Assembly: GCA_947504025.1 (NCBI GenBank)
Contig: CANNFX010000001.1
Span: forward strand, 1,329,302-1,393,301
Length of the DNA: 64,000 nt
From: an uncultured Sphingomonadaceae bacterium
Lineage (GTDB): Bacteria > Pseudomonadota > Alphaproteobacteria > Sphingomonadales > Sphingomonadaceae
Direction of reading: 5' to 3'
This document shows, in pieces, positions 32,581 through 41,052 of this stretch. Position 1 is the first letter of the stretch. Each line of letters starts with the position of its first letter. The notes beneath the pieces are model-generated. The model searched no databases. It was not told where the DNA came from and saw only the letters and a program-made list of their open reading frames with translations. The translations under genes were made by a program, and so were the position numbers.

Positions 32581-32669
32581 GGGTGTATGGCCTCCGGTAG
32601 GTGTATATTCCGACCCAATAGCGGGGCGACAGGCCCCGGGGCAATGACATTGCAACGACATAAGGACAT

Positions 32670-33491
32670 TTGAGCTTGGTGACTGGCCGCAAACCTTACC
32701 GAATTACCTTCGCCAACGAAAAAGGCGGCACGGGCAAATCGACCACCGCCGTCCATGTTGCGGTGGCGCTGGCGTATCGTGGTGCGCGCGTTGCCGCGAT
32801 TGACCTCGATCCGCGGCAGGCTACGCTTCATCGTTATTTCGAAAACCGTAGCGATACGCAGGACCGCCGCAACATTGATCTGCCGACCGCCACTTGCGAG
32901 ATTTTTGACGGCGACACGGTGGAAGAACTGGAAGAGATGGCGGAACGGTTGGGTCAGAATGCCGACTTCCTGATCTTCGACACACCGGGCCGTGATGATC
33001 CCTTCGCCCGCCATGCGGCGACGGAGGCGGATACGTTGGTGACGCCGCTTAACGACAGCTTCGTTGACTTCGATCTGATCGGGCAGGTCGATGCCGAGAC
33101 TTTCAAGGTCCGTAAGCTCAGTTTTTACGCGGAACTCATTTGGGAAGCGCGCCTCAAACGTTCGCGCGCGCAGCTAGAAGAGCATCGCCGCGAAATGGAC
33201 TGGGTGGTTGTTCGCAACCGCACCCAGCACGTCGAAGCGCGCAACAAGCTGCGTTTGGACAAGGCGCTGAGCGAACTTTCCAAGCGTGTCGGTTTCCGCA
33301 TTGCCAAAGGTCTGTCGGAGCGCGTGATTTACCGCGAGTTGTTCCCGTCCGGCCTTACACTGCTCGACAAAGGGCAACTGGGCGAGCTGGGCACCAGCCA
33401 TCTTGTGGCGCGGCAGGAATTGCGTTCTCTTATCATGGGCCTCGCATTGCCCAAGGTCACCAAACCCGATCCGGAACTGGAGCTTGCTTAG
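32670..33491 (+). CDS. mipZ: division-plane positioning ATPase MipZ (ParA/MinD superfamily)
   Basis: 273 aa with the deviant Walker A NEKGGTGKST followed by AIDLDPRQATL...YFENR, closely recalling Caulobacter MipZ. Divergent from panC as in Caulobacter. The start is ambiguous among TTG 32670, TTG 32676 and GTG 32679. Confidence 0.85.
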   Translation: MSLVTGRKPYRITFANEKGGTGKSTTAVHVAVALAYRGARVAAIDLDPRQATLHRYFENRSDTQDRRNIDLPTATCEIFDGDTVEELEEMAERLGQNADFLIFDTPGRDDPFARHAATEADTLVTPLNDSFVDFDLIGQVDAETFKVRKLSFYAELIWEARLKRSRAQLEEHRREMDWVVVRNRTQHVEARNKLRLDKALSELSKRVGFRIAKGLSERVIYRELFPSGLTLLDKGQLGELGTSHLVARQELRSLIMGLALPKVTKPDPELELA

Positions 33492-33494
33492 CCC

Positions 33495-33785
33495 ATGCTG
33501 AAAATCGTCATCATTCTGGTTTTCCTAAGCGTTGGCTGCAAAATGGTCATTGGACGCTGGCCTTGGCAAATGCTGTCCACGACCAAATCGACACGCGAAC
33601 AAGCGGTGTTTCATGCGCGCCAGCTCTTGGGGGTTCGGTCGAATGCCAGCCGGGAAGAAATCACCGATGCGCACAAACGGCTGGTATCGCTGGTCCATCC
33701 TGACAAGGGCGGTCAAAATGCGCAGGTGCATGAAGCCAATGCAGCCCGCGATGTATTACTCAATGAATTGCCTGACGGGCGCTAA
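33495..33785 (+). CDS. membrane-anchored J-domain protein (Pam18/Tim14-like architecture)
   Basis: 96 aa. An N-terminal hydrophobic segment (LKIVIILVFLSVGCKMVIG) is followed by a J domain with HPD (EEITDAHKRLVSLVHPDKGG). The gene begins 3 nt after the mipZ stop. Confidence 0.75.
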   Translation: MLKIVIILVFLSVGCKMVIGRWPWQMLSTTKSTREQAVFHARQLLGVRSNASREEITDAHKRLVSLVHPDKGGQNAQVHEANAARDVLLNELPDGR

Positions 33786-33794
33786 GGAAGCTGA

Positions 33795-35198
33795 ATGAGC
33801 CATAATTTCGATCCCACTATCCTGCGTGAATATGATATTCGCGGTATTATCGGCGAAACTCTGGGGCCAGATGATGCAAGGGCTATTGGACGCGGATTTG
33901 CCACGCTGCTGAAGCAGGCTGGTGGATCGAAAGTGGCCGTCGGCTATGATGGCCGTGTAAGCTCACCGATCCTCGAGCGCGCCCTTATCGAGGGCTTGAA
34001 TGCCAGCGGTTGCGATGTCGTGACGGTTGGCATGGTTGCTACGCCTACGCTTTATTATGCAGAGGCTTCAGCCGAAGATGTGGACGGCGGCATTCAGATA
34101 ACTGGCAGCCACAATCCCGCCAATTATAACGGCTTCAAAATGGTATTTCTGGGCCGGCCGTTCTTCGGAGAGGATATCCAGGCCATCGGGCGACTGGCTG
34201 CTGCCGGGGATTGGGCCGATGGCACCGGATCGGTCGAGACGCGCGATCTCGGCAGCGAGTATATCGACCGGATCCTCACTGCTTTGGATGGTCTCGGTGC
34301 AAGTGCTCTTGCTGGCCTGAAGGTTGGTTGGGACGCAGGGAATGGCGCGGCTGGACCAGCGCTCGAGGCTCTCGCCGCACGGCTCCCCGGGGAGCATCAT
34401 CTGCTCTACACCGATGTCGACGGGAATTTTCCTAATCATCATCCTGACCCCACTGTTGAAGCAAATTTGGATGACCTGAAGGCACTCGTCGCGACCAAGA
34501 ACCTCGACTTCGGAGTTGCTTTCGACGGTGATGGTGACAGGATCGGTGCAGTTGACGGACAGGGCCGGGTAATCTGGGGCGACCAATTGCTCATGATCTA
34601 TGCTGAAGACCTTTTGAAACGGATGCCCAAATCCACCATTATAGCCGATGTGAAGGCTTCGCGGGCGTTGTTCGACCATGTTTCGGTGCATGGCGGCGAT
34701 CCGCTGATGTGGAAAACAGGTCACAGCCTAATTAAGTCCAAAATGAAGGAAACAGGTTCTCCGCTTGCTGGTGAGATGAGTGGGCACGTGTTTTTTGCCG
34801 ATGATTATTACGGCTATGACGACGCTCTCTATGCAGGCGTTCGCCTGATTGCAGCGTCTGCAAGGCTGGGCAGATCGGTTACGCAGCTCCGCAGCGACAT
34901 GCCGCAAATGATCAATACACCTGAAATGCGTTTTCAGGTTGATGAGAGCCGCAAGTTCGCTGCAATCACTGAAGTCGAAACGCGGCTCGCGGCGAGCGAT
35001 TTGGAAGTCAATGGAACGGACGGCGTCCGCGTCACAACTGAGGACGGCTGGTGGCTCTTACGCGCCTCCAACACACAAGATGTGCTGGTTGCCCGTGCTG
35101 AAAGCGAAACCGAAGAAGGCCTCAAACGTCTTATCGCGCAGATCGATGACCAGCTCGCTCAATCGGGTATCGAGCGCGGCCCCCAGGCCGGACATTGA
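33795..35198 (+). CDS. phosphomannomutase/phosphoglucomutase
   Basis: 467 aa with the active-site TGSHNPANYNGFK, metal loop FDGDGDR and sugar loop GEMSGH. Confidence 0.9.
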   Translation: MSHNFDPTILREYDIRGIIGETLGPDDARAIGRGFATLLKQAGGSKVAVGYDGRVSSPILERALIEGLNASGCDVVTVGMVATPTLYYAEASAEDVDGGIQITGSHNPANYNGFKMVFLGRPFFGEDIQAIGRLAAAGDWADGTGSVETRDLGSEYIDRILTALDGLGASALAGLKVGWDAGNGAAGPALEALAARLPGEHHLLYTDVDGNFPNHHPDPTVEANLDDLKALVATKNLDFGVAFDGDGDRIGAVDGQGRVIWGDQLLMIYAEDLLKRMPKSTIIADVKASRALFDHVSVHGGDPLMWKTGHSLIKSKMKETGSPLAGEMSGHVFFADDYYGYDDALYAGVRLIAASARLGRSVTQLRSDMPQMINTPEMRFQVDESRKFAAITEVETRLAASDLEVNGTDGVRVTTEDGWWLLRASNTQDVLVARAESETEEGLKRLIAQIDDQLAQSGIERGPQAGH

Positions 35199-35225
35199 AT
35201 TCTAGGAAGTAAGGGAAGCATCATC

Positions 35226-36065
35226 ATGAAACGGATTTTTACAACGCTTGCGGCACTGTTGGCATTGGCAATTTCGATTCCGGCTATTGCTCAGGAATCG
35301 GAAGCGAACCCGCCGGCCAGTATGGACGACATGATGGAAGGTCTGCTTGGCGATGCCTTCAAAGCAGAGCCCCTGACTGCCGAGCAGCAAGATCTCGTTC
35401 CTAAAGCTGAGCTAGTGGTTGCGCGTATTTTCCCCGAGGGGACTTATGCTAAGATGATGAATGAAACCATGAAGCCAATAATGGACGGCATCATGGGCGG
35501 TATTGGCGAATTCCCTCTAACCGATATCGCACGGCTCGCTGGCGCTGATGAATATGAAATTTCCAATATGGGTGAAGGCACTTTGAAGGAGGTGACTGCG
35601 ATTATGGATCCGGCGTTCGGGGAACGCATGAAGGCGATGCAGGCAGTCACTATCGATATGATCACGAAATTGATGGTTCAGGTCGAACCGTCTTATCGTG
35701 CAGGCCTTTCCCGTGCCTATGCACAGCGTTTTTCAGCTGCCGAACTCACCGAACTTGACCGATTCTTCTCAACGCCGGTTGGCAGCCACTATGCTGCTGA
35801 ATCTATGCTCATTTATACTGACCCGCAGGTTATGTCGGCGATGAAGGATATGATGCCTGCCATGTTTGAAATGATGCCGCAAATGATGGCGGAGATGGAG
35901 GAAGTCGGTGCGTCATTGCCACAGCCTCGTAAATTCGAAGATCTCAGCTCGGACGAGCAATCCGAATTATCGCGCCTGTTGGGAGTGAAGGTCGAGGAGC
36001 TCGAGCAGAACTCCACTCCGGCCACTATCGAATATGTCGAAGACATAGAAGAGTCGGCAGAATAG
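35226..36065 (+). CDS. secreted methionine-rich protein, probable DUF2059 family
   Basis: Sec signal peptide (MKRIFTTLAALLALAISIPAIAQE). The segment AYAQRFSAAELTELDRFFSTPVGSHYA resembles the DUF2059 signature. About 26 Met in 279 aa by my count. Confidence 0.7.
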   Translation: MKRIFTTLAALLALAISIPAIAQESEANPPASMDDMMEGLLGDAFKAEPLTAEQQDLVPKAELVVARIFPEGTYAKMMNETMKPIMDGIMGGIGEFPLTDIARLAGADEYEISNMGEGTLKEVTAIMDPAFGERMKAMQAVTIDMITKLMVQVEPSYRAGLSRAYAQRFSAAELTELDRFFSTPVGSHYAAESMLIYTDPQVMSAMKDMMPAMFEMMPQMMAEMEEVGASLPQPRKFEDLSSDEQSELSRLLGVKVEELEQNSTPATIEYVEDIEESAE

Positions 36066-36104
36066 TCTCTGCCCAGGAAATACGAATATCGTCGTTCGTA
36101 ATTA

Positions 36105-36803
36105 TTGCGGAGGAACAGTATTATACTGACCGATAAATTGTCTGCCGATCAAGCGCAGCGCGAGCTTTTTGCGCGCATTTCGGCTGATGATTTTCCTTGC
36201 GTTGGTGCGAAATCAGCGATGGCACGCGGTACGTTGAAGGTTTTGGCCGCCCATTCGCTCGACAGCGGTTGGGATGATCTGGTGATTCACACTGCACTGA
36301 TGAAATGGGCGCTGGACTATCGCGCCAATCCGCAAGGCCTGCGCAGCCTAGCGGTCGTGTTTGACGGTCCTCACGGTTTGACCGAATCTCGTTTTGAAAG
36401 CCTGATGTGGCAACGAATCCAGTCTTTTGCCGATAATGACGCATGGCTGGGCCAGCCGTATGATCACCGTGTCAGCGCCGATCCCGATGATCCTCACTTC
36501 TCGCTCAGTTTCGGCGGCGAGGGTTTCTTTGTTGTCGGTCTGCATCCAGCTTCGTCGCGGCCAGGTCGCCGATTTGCTCGGCCTGTATTGGCCTTCAATT
36601 TGCACGATCAATTCGAAATTCTCCGCGGAGAGGGTCTATATGATCGGATGCAAGACGCCATTCGTGCGCGCGACACAGCCATTGCCGGTTCGCTCAATCC
36701 GATGCTCTCCAAACACGGAGAAGCCAGCGCTGCCCGCCAATATTCAGGCCGCGAAGTAGATGCTGCGTGGCGTTGCCCGTTCAGCGACAAACGCGCATCA
36801 TGA
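36105..36803 (+). CDS. YqcI/YcgG-family protein (GntA-like heme-dependent N-hydroxylase family)
   Basis: 232 aa with FPCVGAKSAM, FFVVGLHPASSRPGRRF, AFNLHDQFE, NPMLSKHGE, QYSGREV and WRCPF, the string of motifs I associate with this family. Start is uncertain: TTG 36105 sits inside/next to GCGGAGG, and TTG 36138 is an alternative. Confidence 0.75.
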   Translation: MRRNSIILTDKLSADQAQRELFARISADDFPCVGAKSAMARGTLKVLAAHSLDSGWDDLVIHTALMKWALDYRANPQGLRSLAVVFDGPHGLTESRFESLMWQRIQSFADNDAWLGQPYDHRVSADPDDPHFSLSFGGEGFFVVGLHPASSRPGRRFARPVLAFNLHDQFEILRGEGLYDRMQDAIRARDTAIAGSLNPMLSKHGEASAARQYSGREVDAAWRCPFSDKRAS

Positions 36804-37387
36804 GCGCGATCCGCATCGCGCCGCGCAGCGGCACCGCCTTCGAACTACGCAAGGGTGAAGTGCTGAAAGTCATCGACCCTGAAGGTGTACAGGTGTCCGA
36901 TTTACTGGCCTTTGCATTGGACGATACCGGCGAGGTAATCTCCAATGGCCGCACATTCGATTATGAAGAGACGATCAAGCTGAGCATGGGTAATCAGCTC
37001 TGGTCCAACCGCTCCAACGTCATGCTGTCGATTATTGAAGACACGGCCGGCTGCCATGACTTTCTGCTCACGCCGTGCAGCGAGGCGACCTTCCGCCATT
37101 TCTATCCCGAACATCCGGTCCATCGCGGCTGCTTCGGTAATCTGGCGAAGGCACTCGCAAAATATGGCGTGTCGGAAGACGCTATCCCCACAGCATTCAA
37201 CCTGTTTATGAATGTGCCGGTCGACGCGAAGAGCGGCCGGTTATCGGTGGAACCGCCATCCAGTAAGCCGGGTGACTTCATACGCATGCGCGCTGAGATG
37301 GATATGGTCATCGGCCTTACAGCCTGCTCAGCCTATGCTTCTAATGGGGGCAGTTTCAAACCAATCGATTATATAATCGAAGGTTGA
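36800..37387 (+). CDS. DUF1989 (urea-carboxylase-associated / CgdAB-like) family protein
   Basis: Start at MSAIRIAPRSGTAFELRKGEVLKVIDPEGVQVSDL, the typical DUF1989 N-terminus. CHDFLLTPCS is also present. The ATG overlaps the stop of the upstream YcgG gene (ATGA). Confidence 0.75.
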   Translation: MSAIRIAPRSGTAFELRKGEVLKVIDPEGVQVSDLLAFALDDTGEVISNGRTFDYEETIKLSMGNQLWSNRSNVMLSIIEDTAGCHDFLLTPCSEATFRHFYPEHPVHRGCFGNLAKALAKYGVSEDAIPTAFNLFMNVPVDAKSGRLSVEPPSSKPGDFIRMRAEMDMVIGLTACSAYASNGGSFKPIDYIIEG

Positions 37388-37415
37388 TTTTTGCTGTCAT
37401 ACGTTAGGAAGGGGG

Positions 37416-39878
37416 ATGGCCGAAAAAACGCCCGCTTTGCCTTGTGAAATTGCCGACTGGTTTGCCGGCCGGGGTTGGCGTGTTCGGCAGCACCAATTTG
37501 ATATGCTCGCGGCTTCTGACGCAGGCAAGCATACTATGCTGGTAGCGGATACTGGCGCGGGTAAAACGCTGGCTGGATTTCTGCCAACTCTGGCCGCCTT
37601 CACACCATCGCGGATAGACAGCGGGCCAGCGCTAGACGGCCTGCACACGCTCTATATCTCGCCCTTGAAGGCGCTGGCACATGATGTGCAACGCAATCTG
37701 ATGGCTCCGATTGAGGATATGGGCCTGCCGATTAAAGTCGAGACGCGCAGCGGCGATACTCCTTCCGACCGCAAGCGTCGCCAGCGTAGCAAGCCGCCGC
37801 ATATATTGCTGACTACGCCTGAATCGCTCTCACTGCTGCTATCCTATCCCGAAAGCTTTGCGATGTTCGCGGGGCTGAAGCGGGTGGTGGTGGACGAGGT
37901 GCACGCCTTCGCGACTGGCAAGCGCGGCGATTTGCTCGCGCTGGCATTGTCGCGGCTTCAGGCTATTGCGCCCGATATGCAGCGCGCAGCTTTGTCTGCC
38001 ACGGTCGCGGAGCCGGAACGGTTTCGCGAGTGGCTTGCGCCTTGGGGTGATCTTGGTCAGGTCGCGCTGATCCAGGGCGAGGATGGCGCCGATCCCGAGG
38101 TTGAAATCTTGCTTCCCGATGGCGAGCGCGTGCCATGGGGCGGCCATGCGGCAGCTTGGGCGGTTCCGCAGCTCTACCAGCAGATCCGCGACAATAAGAC
38201 CGTATTGATCTTCACGAACACGCGCTTTCTGGCGGAATATATCTTCCAACTGCTGTGGGACATCAATGAGGACAAGCTTCCGATCGGCATCCACCATGGC
38301 TCTCTGTCGAAAGAGGCGCGGCGCAAGGTGGAAGGGGCTATGGCGCGCGGAGAGCTCCGCTGCTTGGTAGCAACTTCCAGCCTCGATTTGGGCGTCGATT
38401 GGGGTGACATTGATCTGGTCGTGCAGATGGGCGCGCCTAAGGGATCGTCACGGCTGCTCCAGCGGATAGGGCGCGCCAATCACCGGCTCGACCAGCCAAG
38501 CCGTGCGCTGATCGTGCCTGGCAATCGCTTCGAATTTCTCGAGGCGACAGCTGCGAAGGATGCGGTGGACGAGGGGCAGCGCGACGGCGAGGATTTCCGC
38601 CCGGGAGGTCTCGATGTTCTGGCACAACATGTGATGGCCTGCGCCTGTGCGGCGCCTTTTGACGAGCAGAGCCTCTTGTCTGAAGTCCGTTCTTCGCTCG
38701 CCTATGCGTGGGTGGATGATGAGGCTTGGCAGCGCGTACTCGGTTTTGTTTCGAACGGCGGATATGCGCTCAACGCTTACGATAAATTCAAGCGGATTGT
38801 GCGCCTGAAGGGCGGGACCTGGCGGCTAACGCATCCTGACCACGCATCGCGTCACCGATTGAACGCGGGTATTATTATCGACTCCGAAATGCTTGAGGTG
38901 CGCTTTAAGAACGGGCGCAAGCTTGGGCGGGTGGAGGAGACCTTCGCTGCTGGGCTTGCGCCGGGCGATACGTTCTTCTTTTCCGGTGCCGCACTCGAAG
39001 TTGAGCAGATCAAGGATATGGATTTGATCGTTCGCGCTTCGGCGAAAGCGGCGACAATTCCGTCCTATGGCGGAGCGCGCATGCCTCTGACGACACATCT
39101 GGCGGAGCGGGTGCGCGATATGTTGGTGAACCGAGCGGGCTGGGCGCGTTTCCCCGATGATGTGCGGGAATGGCTGGAGGTGCAGGATTGGCGCAGCAAG
39201 ATGCCGGGGCCGGGACAGCTGCTGGTCGAGAGCTTCCCGCATTCGAAGCGGCATTACAGTGTTTACTATACGTTCGAGGGGTGGAACGCGAACCAGTCGC
39301 TGGGCATGTTGATTACGCGGCGGATGGAAGATCGAGGCCTGCAGCCGGGCGGATTTGTTGCGAATGACTATTCACTCGCAGTTTGGAGTTTGAAGCAGGT
39401 CGAGGATCCTGCATCGCTGTTGTCACCTGATATACTCACTGATGAATTCGCTGAGTGGGTGCAGGAATCGCACCTGCTGCGCCGTGCCTTTCGCGAGGTT
39501 GCAGTGATTTCCGGATTGGTTGAACGCCAGCATCCGGGCAAGCGAAAGAGCGGCAAGCAGGTCACGTTCTCGACCGACCTGATCTATGATGTTTTGCGCA
39601 AGTATGAGCCGGATCATGTCCTGATCGAGGCGGCTTGGGCTGATGCGCGAGAGCGGCTGACTGATGTGGGAAGGCTCGTCAATTTACTCGAACGGTCAGC
39701 GGAGCAATTGGTGCATATTGAGCTGGAGCGGGTCAGTCCGTTGGCTGTTCCGGTGATGGTGATGATTGGCCGCGAGAGCGTACCGCAAGGGCAAGTTGAT
39801 GATGAATTGCTGCTTGAAGCGGAGAGTCTAGCGGCGGCGGCCATGCGCCCGGGGGACCATCCCGACTTAACCGGTTGA
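37416..39878 (+). CDS. Lhr-core / ligase-associated-type DEXH-box helicase
   Basis: 820 aa. WFAGRGWRVRQHQ at the N-terminus, Walker A ADTGAGKT, DEVH box (VVVDEVHAF), helicase C motifs (QRIGRANHR) and a long Lhr-type C-terminal extension. Confidence 0.85.
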   Translation: MAEKTPALPCEIADWFAGRGWRVRQHQFDMLAASDAGKHTMLVADTGAGKTLAGFLPTLAAFTPSRIDSGPALDGLHTLYISPLKALAHDVQRNLMAPIEDMGLPIKVETRSGDTPSDRKRRQRSKPPHILLTTPESLSLLLSYPESFAMFAGLKRVVVDEVHAFATGKRGDLLALALSRLQAIAPDMQRAALSATVAEPERFREWLAPWGDLGQVALIQGEDGADPEVEILLPDGERVPWGGHAAAWAVPQLYQQIRDNKTVLIFTNTRFLAEYIFQLLWDINEDKLPIGIHHGSLSKEARRKVEGAMARGELRCLVATSSLDLGVDWGDIDLVVQMGAPKGSSRLLQRIGRANHRLDQPSRALIVPGNRFEFLEATAAKDAVDEGQRDGEDFRPGGLDVLAQHVMACACAAPFDEQSLLSEVRSSLAYAWVDDEAWQRVLGFVSNGGYALNAYDKFKRIVRLKGGTWRLTHPDHASRHRLNAGIIIDSEMLEVRFKNGRKLGRVEETFAAGLAPGDTFFFSGAALEVEQIKDMDLIVRASAKAATIPSYGGARMPLTTHLAERVRDMLVNRAGWARFPDDVREWLEVQDWRSKMPGPGQLLVESFPHSKRHYSVYYTFEGWNANQSLGMLITRRMEDRGLQPGGFVANDYSLAVWSLKQVEDPASLLSPDILTDEFAEWVQESHLLRRAFREVAVISGLVERQHPGKRKSGKQVTFSTDLIYDVLRKYEPDHVLIEAAWADARERLTDVGRLVNLLERSAEQLVHIELERVSPLAVPVMVMIGRESVPQGQVDDELLLEAESLAAAAMRPGDHPDLTG

Positions 39879-39947
39879 AACCGGCTCATAAGCATGTTGA
39901 ACCGGTTAAGGCCGATATAGCAGTGCCACATCGGCCTCATGCCTGGG

Positions 39948-40370
39948 TTACATTCCGAAGTTCTTATATTTGTCGTTACCTACAAAACCGAATTTCGTGA
40001 CGCCTGATGCCTTCACAGTGCTGAGCACCTGTGCTGACATGTCGTAGCTGGCCAAAGCATCAGGAGCATATTGCAGTTCGGGTTCTGGTTTGATGGCTTT
40101 GCTTTTTGCCAAGATGGCCGCCAGTTGCCTTTCAGTTACCTGCTGGCCGTTCCAGAGAATTTGATCATCGGATGTGATGGTGAGGCGGTTTTTGTCGCTA
40201 TTCATAGGAACGTCGATTTTAGTGGTTGGCAGATCGACGGTCATATTGTGCGCTGCCATCGGGATCGTGATGATGAACATGATCAACAACACCAGCATCA
40301 CATCAATGAGCGGCGTGGTGTTCAGCTCGCTCATCGGTTCGCTTTGATTGAGAGTAAGGGAAGCGGCCAT
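39948..40370 (-). CDS. exbD: ExbD/TolR-family biopolymer transport protein (third, distal copy)
   Basis: 140 aa with LNTTPLIDVMLVLLIMFIIT, the canonical ExbD TM region. About 60% identical by eye to the neighbouring copy. Own AAGGAGGA Shine-Dalgarno sequence. Confidence 0.88.
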   Translation of the reverse strand: MAASLTLNQSEPMSELNTTPLIDVMLVLLIMFIITIPMAAHNMTVDLPTTKIDVPMNSDKNRLTITSDDQILWNGQQVTERQLAAILAKSKAIKPEPELQYAPDALASYDMSAQVLSTVKASGVTKFGFVGNDKYKNFGM

Positions 40371-40490
40371 AGGTCAGTCCTCCTTGCACGGCTAAGGGGG
40401 GATGGCTGGCTGCGCGCGGGGCCAACCGCGTTCAGGATACACCCAAGTTGCTGAAATCACCAAATGAGGGAGACTCCACCATTGCTGCAG

Positions 40491-40523
40491 ACAAAGAAAA
40501 AGGGGGCAGATCGCTCTGCCCCC
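40491..40523 (-). terminator. Rho-independent terminator between the second and third exbD
   Basis: On the minus strand: GGGGGCAGA-GCGA-TCTGCCCCC (9-bp GC-rich stem, 4-nt loop, 40502-40523) followed by TTTTTCTTTG. It lies about 28 nt after the stop of the exbD at 40551. Confidence 0.65.
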
Positions 40524-40550
40524 TTTCAATTTCCTGCGATTTCGTTCCGC

Positions 40551-40988
40551 CTATTCTGCGGTGCCGAACTCGCGATACTTCTCGTTGCCGACAAAGCCGA
40601 ACTTTGTGATACCCGACGTCTTGATGATATTCAGGACGTTTGCTGACAGCTCGTAGCTGGCAAGCGCTTCGGGTTCGAACTGCAGTTCAGGTTCGACAGC
40701 CATTCCCATCGATTCGTTTAGATAGGCAACGAGTGTTGCCTGATCGATGGCATTGCCGTTCCACAAGATCTGATCTTCAGGTGTGATGATCAGCTTGTTT
40801 TTCACCGGATCAACCTGATCAGGTGGAGGGTTCGGGTTAGGAACGGGCAAGTCGATATTGATCGCGTGTGTTGCGACCGGGATGGTGATGATGAACATGA
40901 TGAGGAGAACGAGCATGACGTCGATAAGCGGCGTCGTGTTCATTTCCATCATCGGTTCACCGTCGTCGGTACCGCCTGACATTGCCAT
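40551..40988 (-). CDS. exbD: ExbD/TolR-family biopolymer transport protein (second copy)
   Basis: 145 aa with MNTTPLIDVMLVLLIMFIITIP and a conserved periplasmic domain. Confidence 0.88.
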   Translation of the reverse strand: MAMSGGTDDGEPMMEMNTTPLIDVMLVLLIMFIITIPVATHAINIDLPVPNPNPPPDQVDPVKNKLIITPEDQILWNGNAIDQATLVAYLNESMGMAVEPELQFEPEALASYELSANVLNIIKTSGITKFGFVGNEKYREFGTAE

Positions 40989-41052
40989 TTGGCTTACTCC
41001 TTAAATTCGTTCGGGCCCTAATTCAAAAAACCTGATGACCAGAATTTTAAAA

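Noticed and set aside
39867-39937. Short palindromes (TTAACCGGTTGAA / TTGAACCGGTTAA and GGCCGAT-N13-ATCGGCC) between the helicase gene and exbD
   Set aside because: The stems are short, the loops are long and there is no T-tract on either strand. They possibly act as weak bidirectional terminators but are not convincing enough to list as features.
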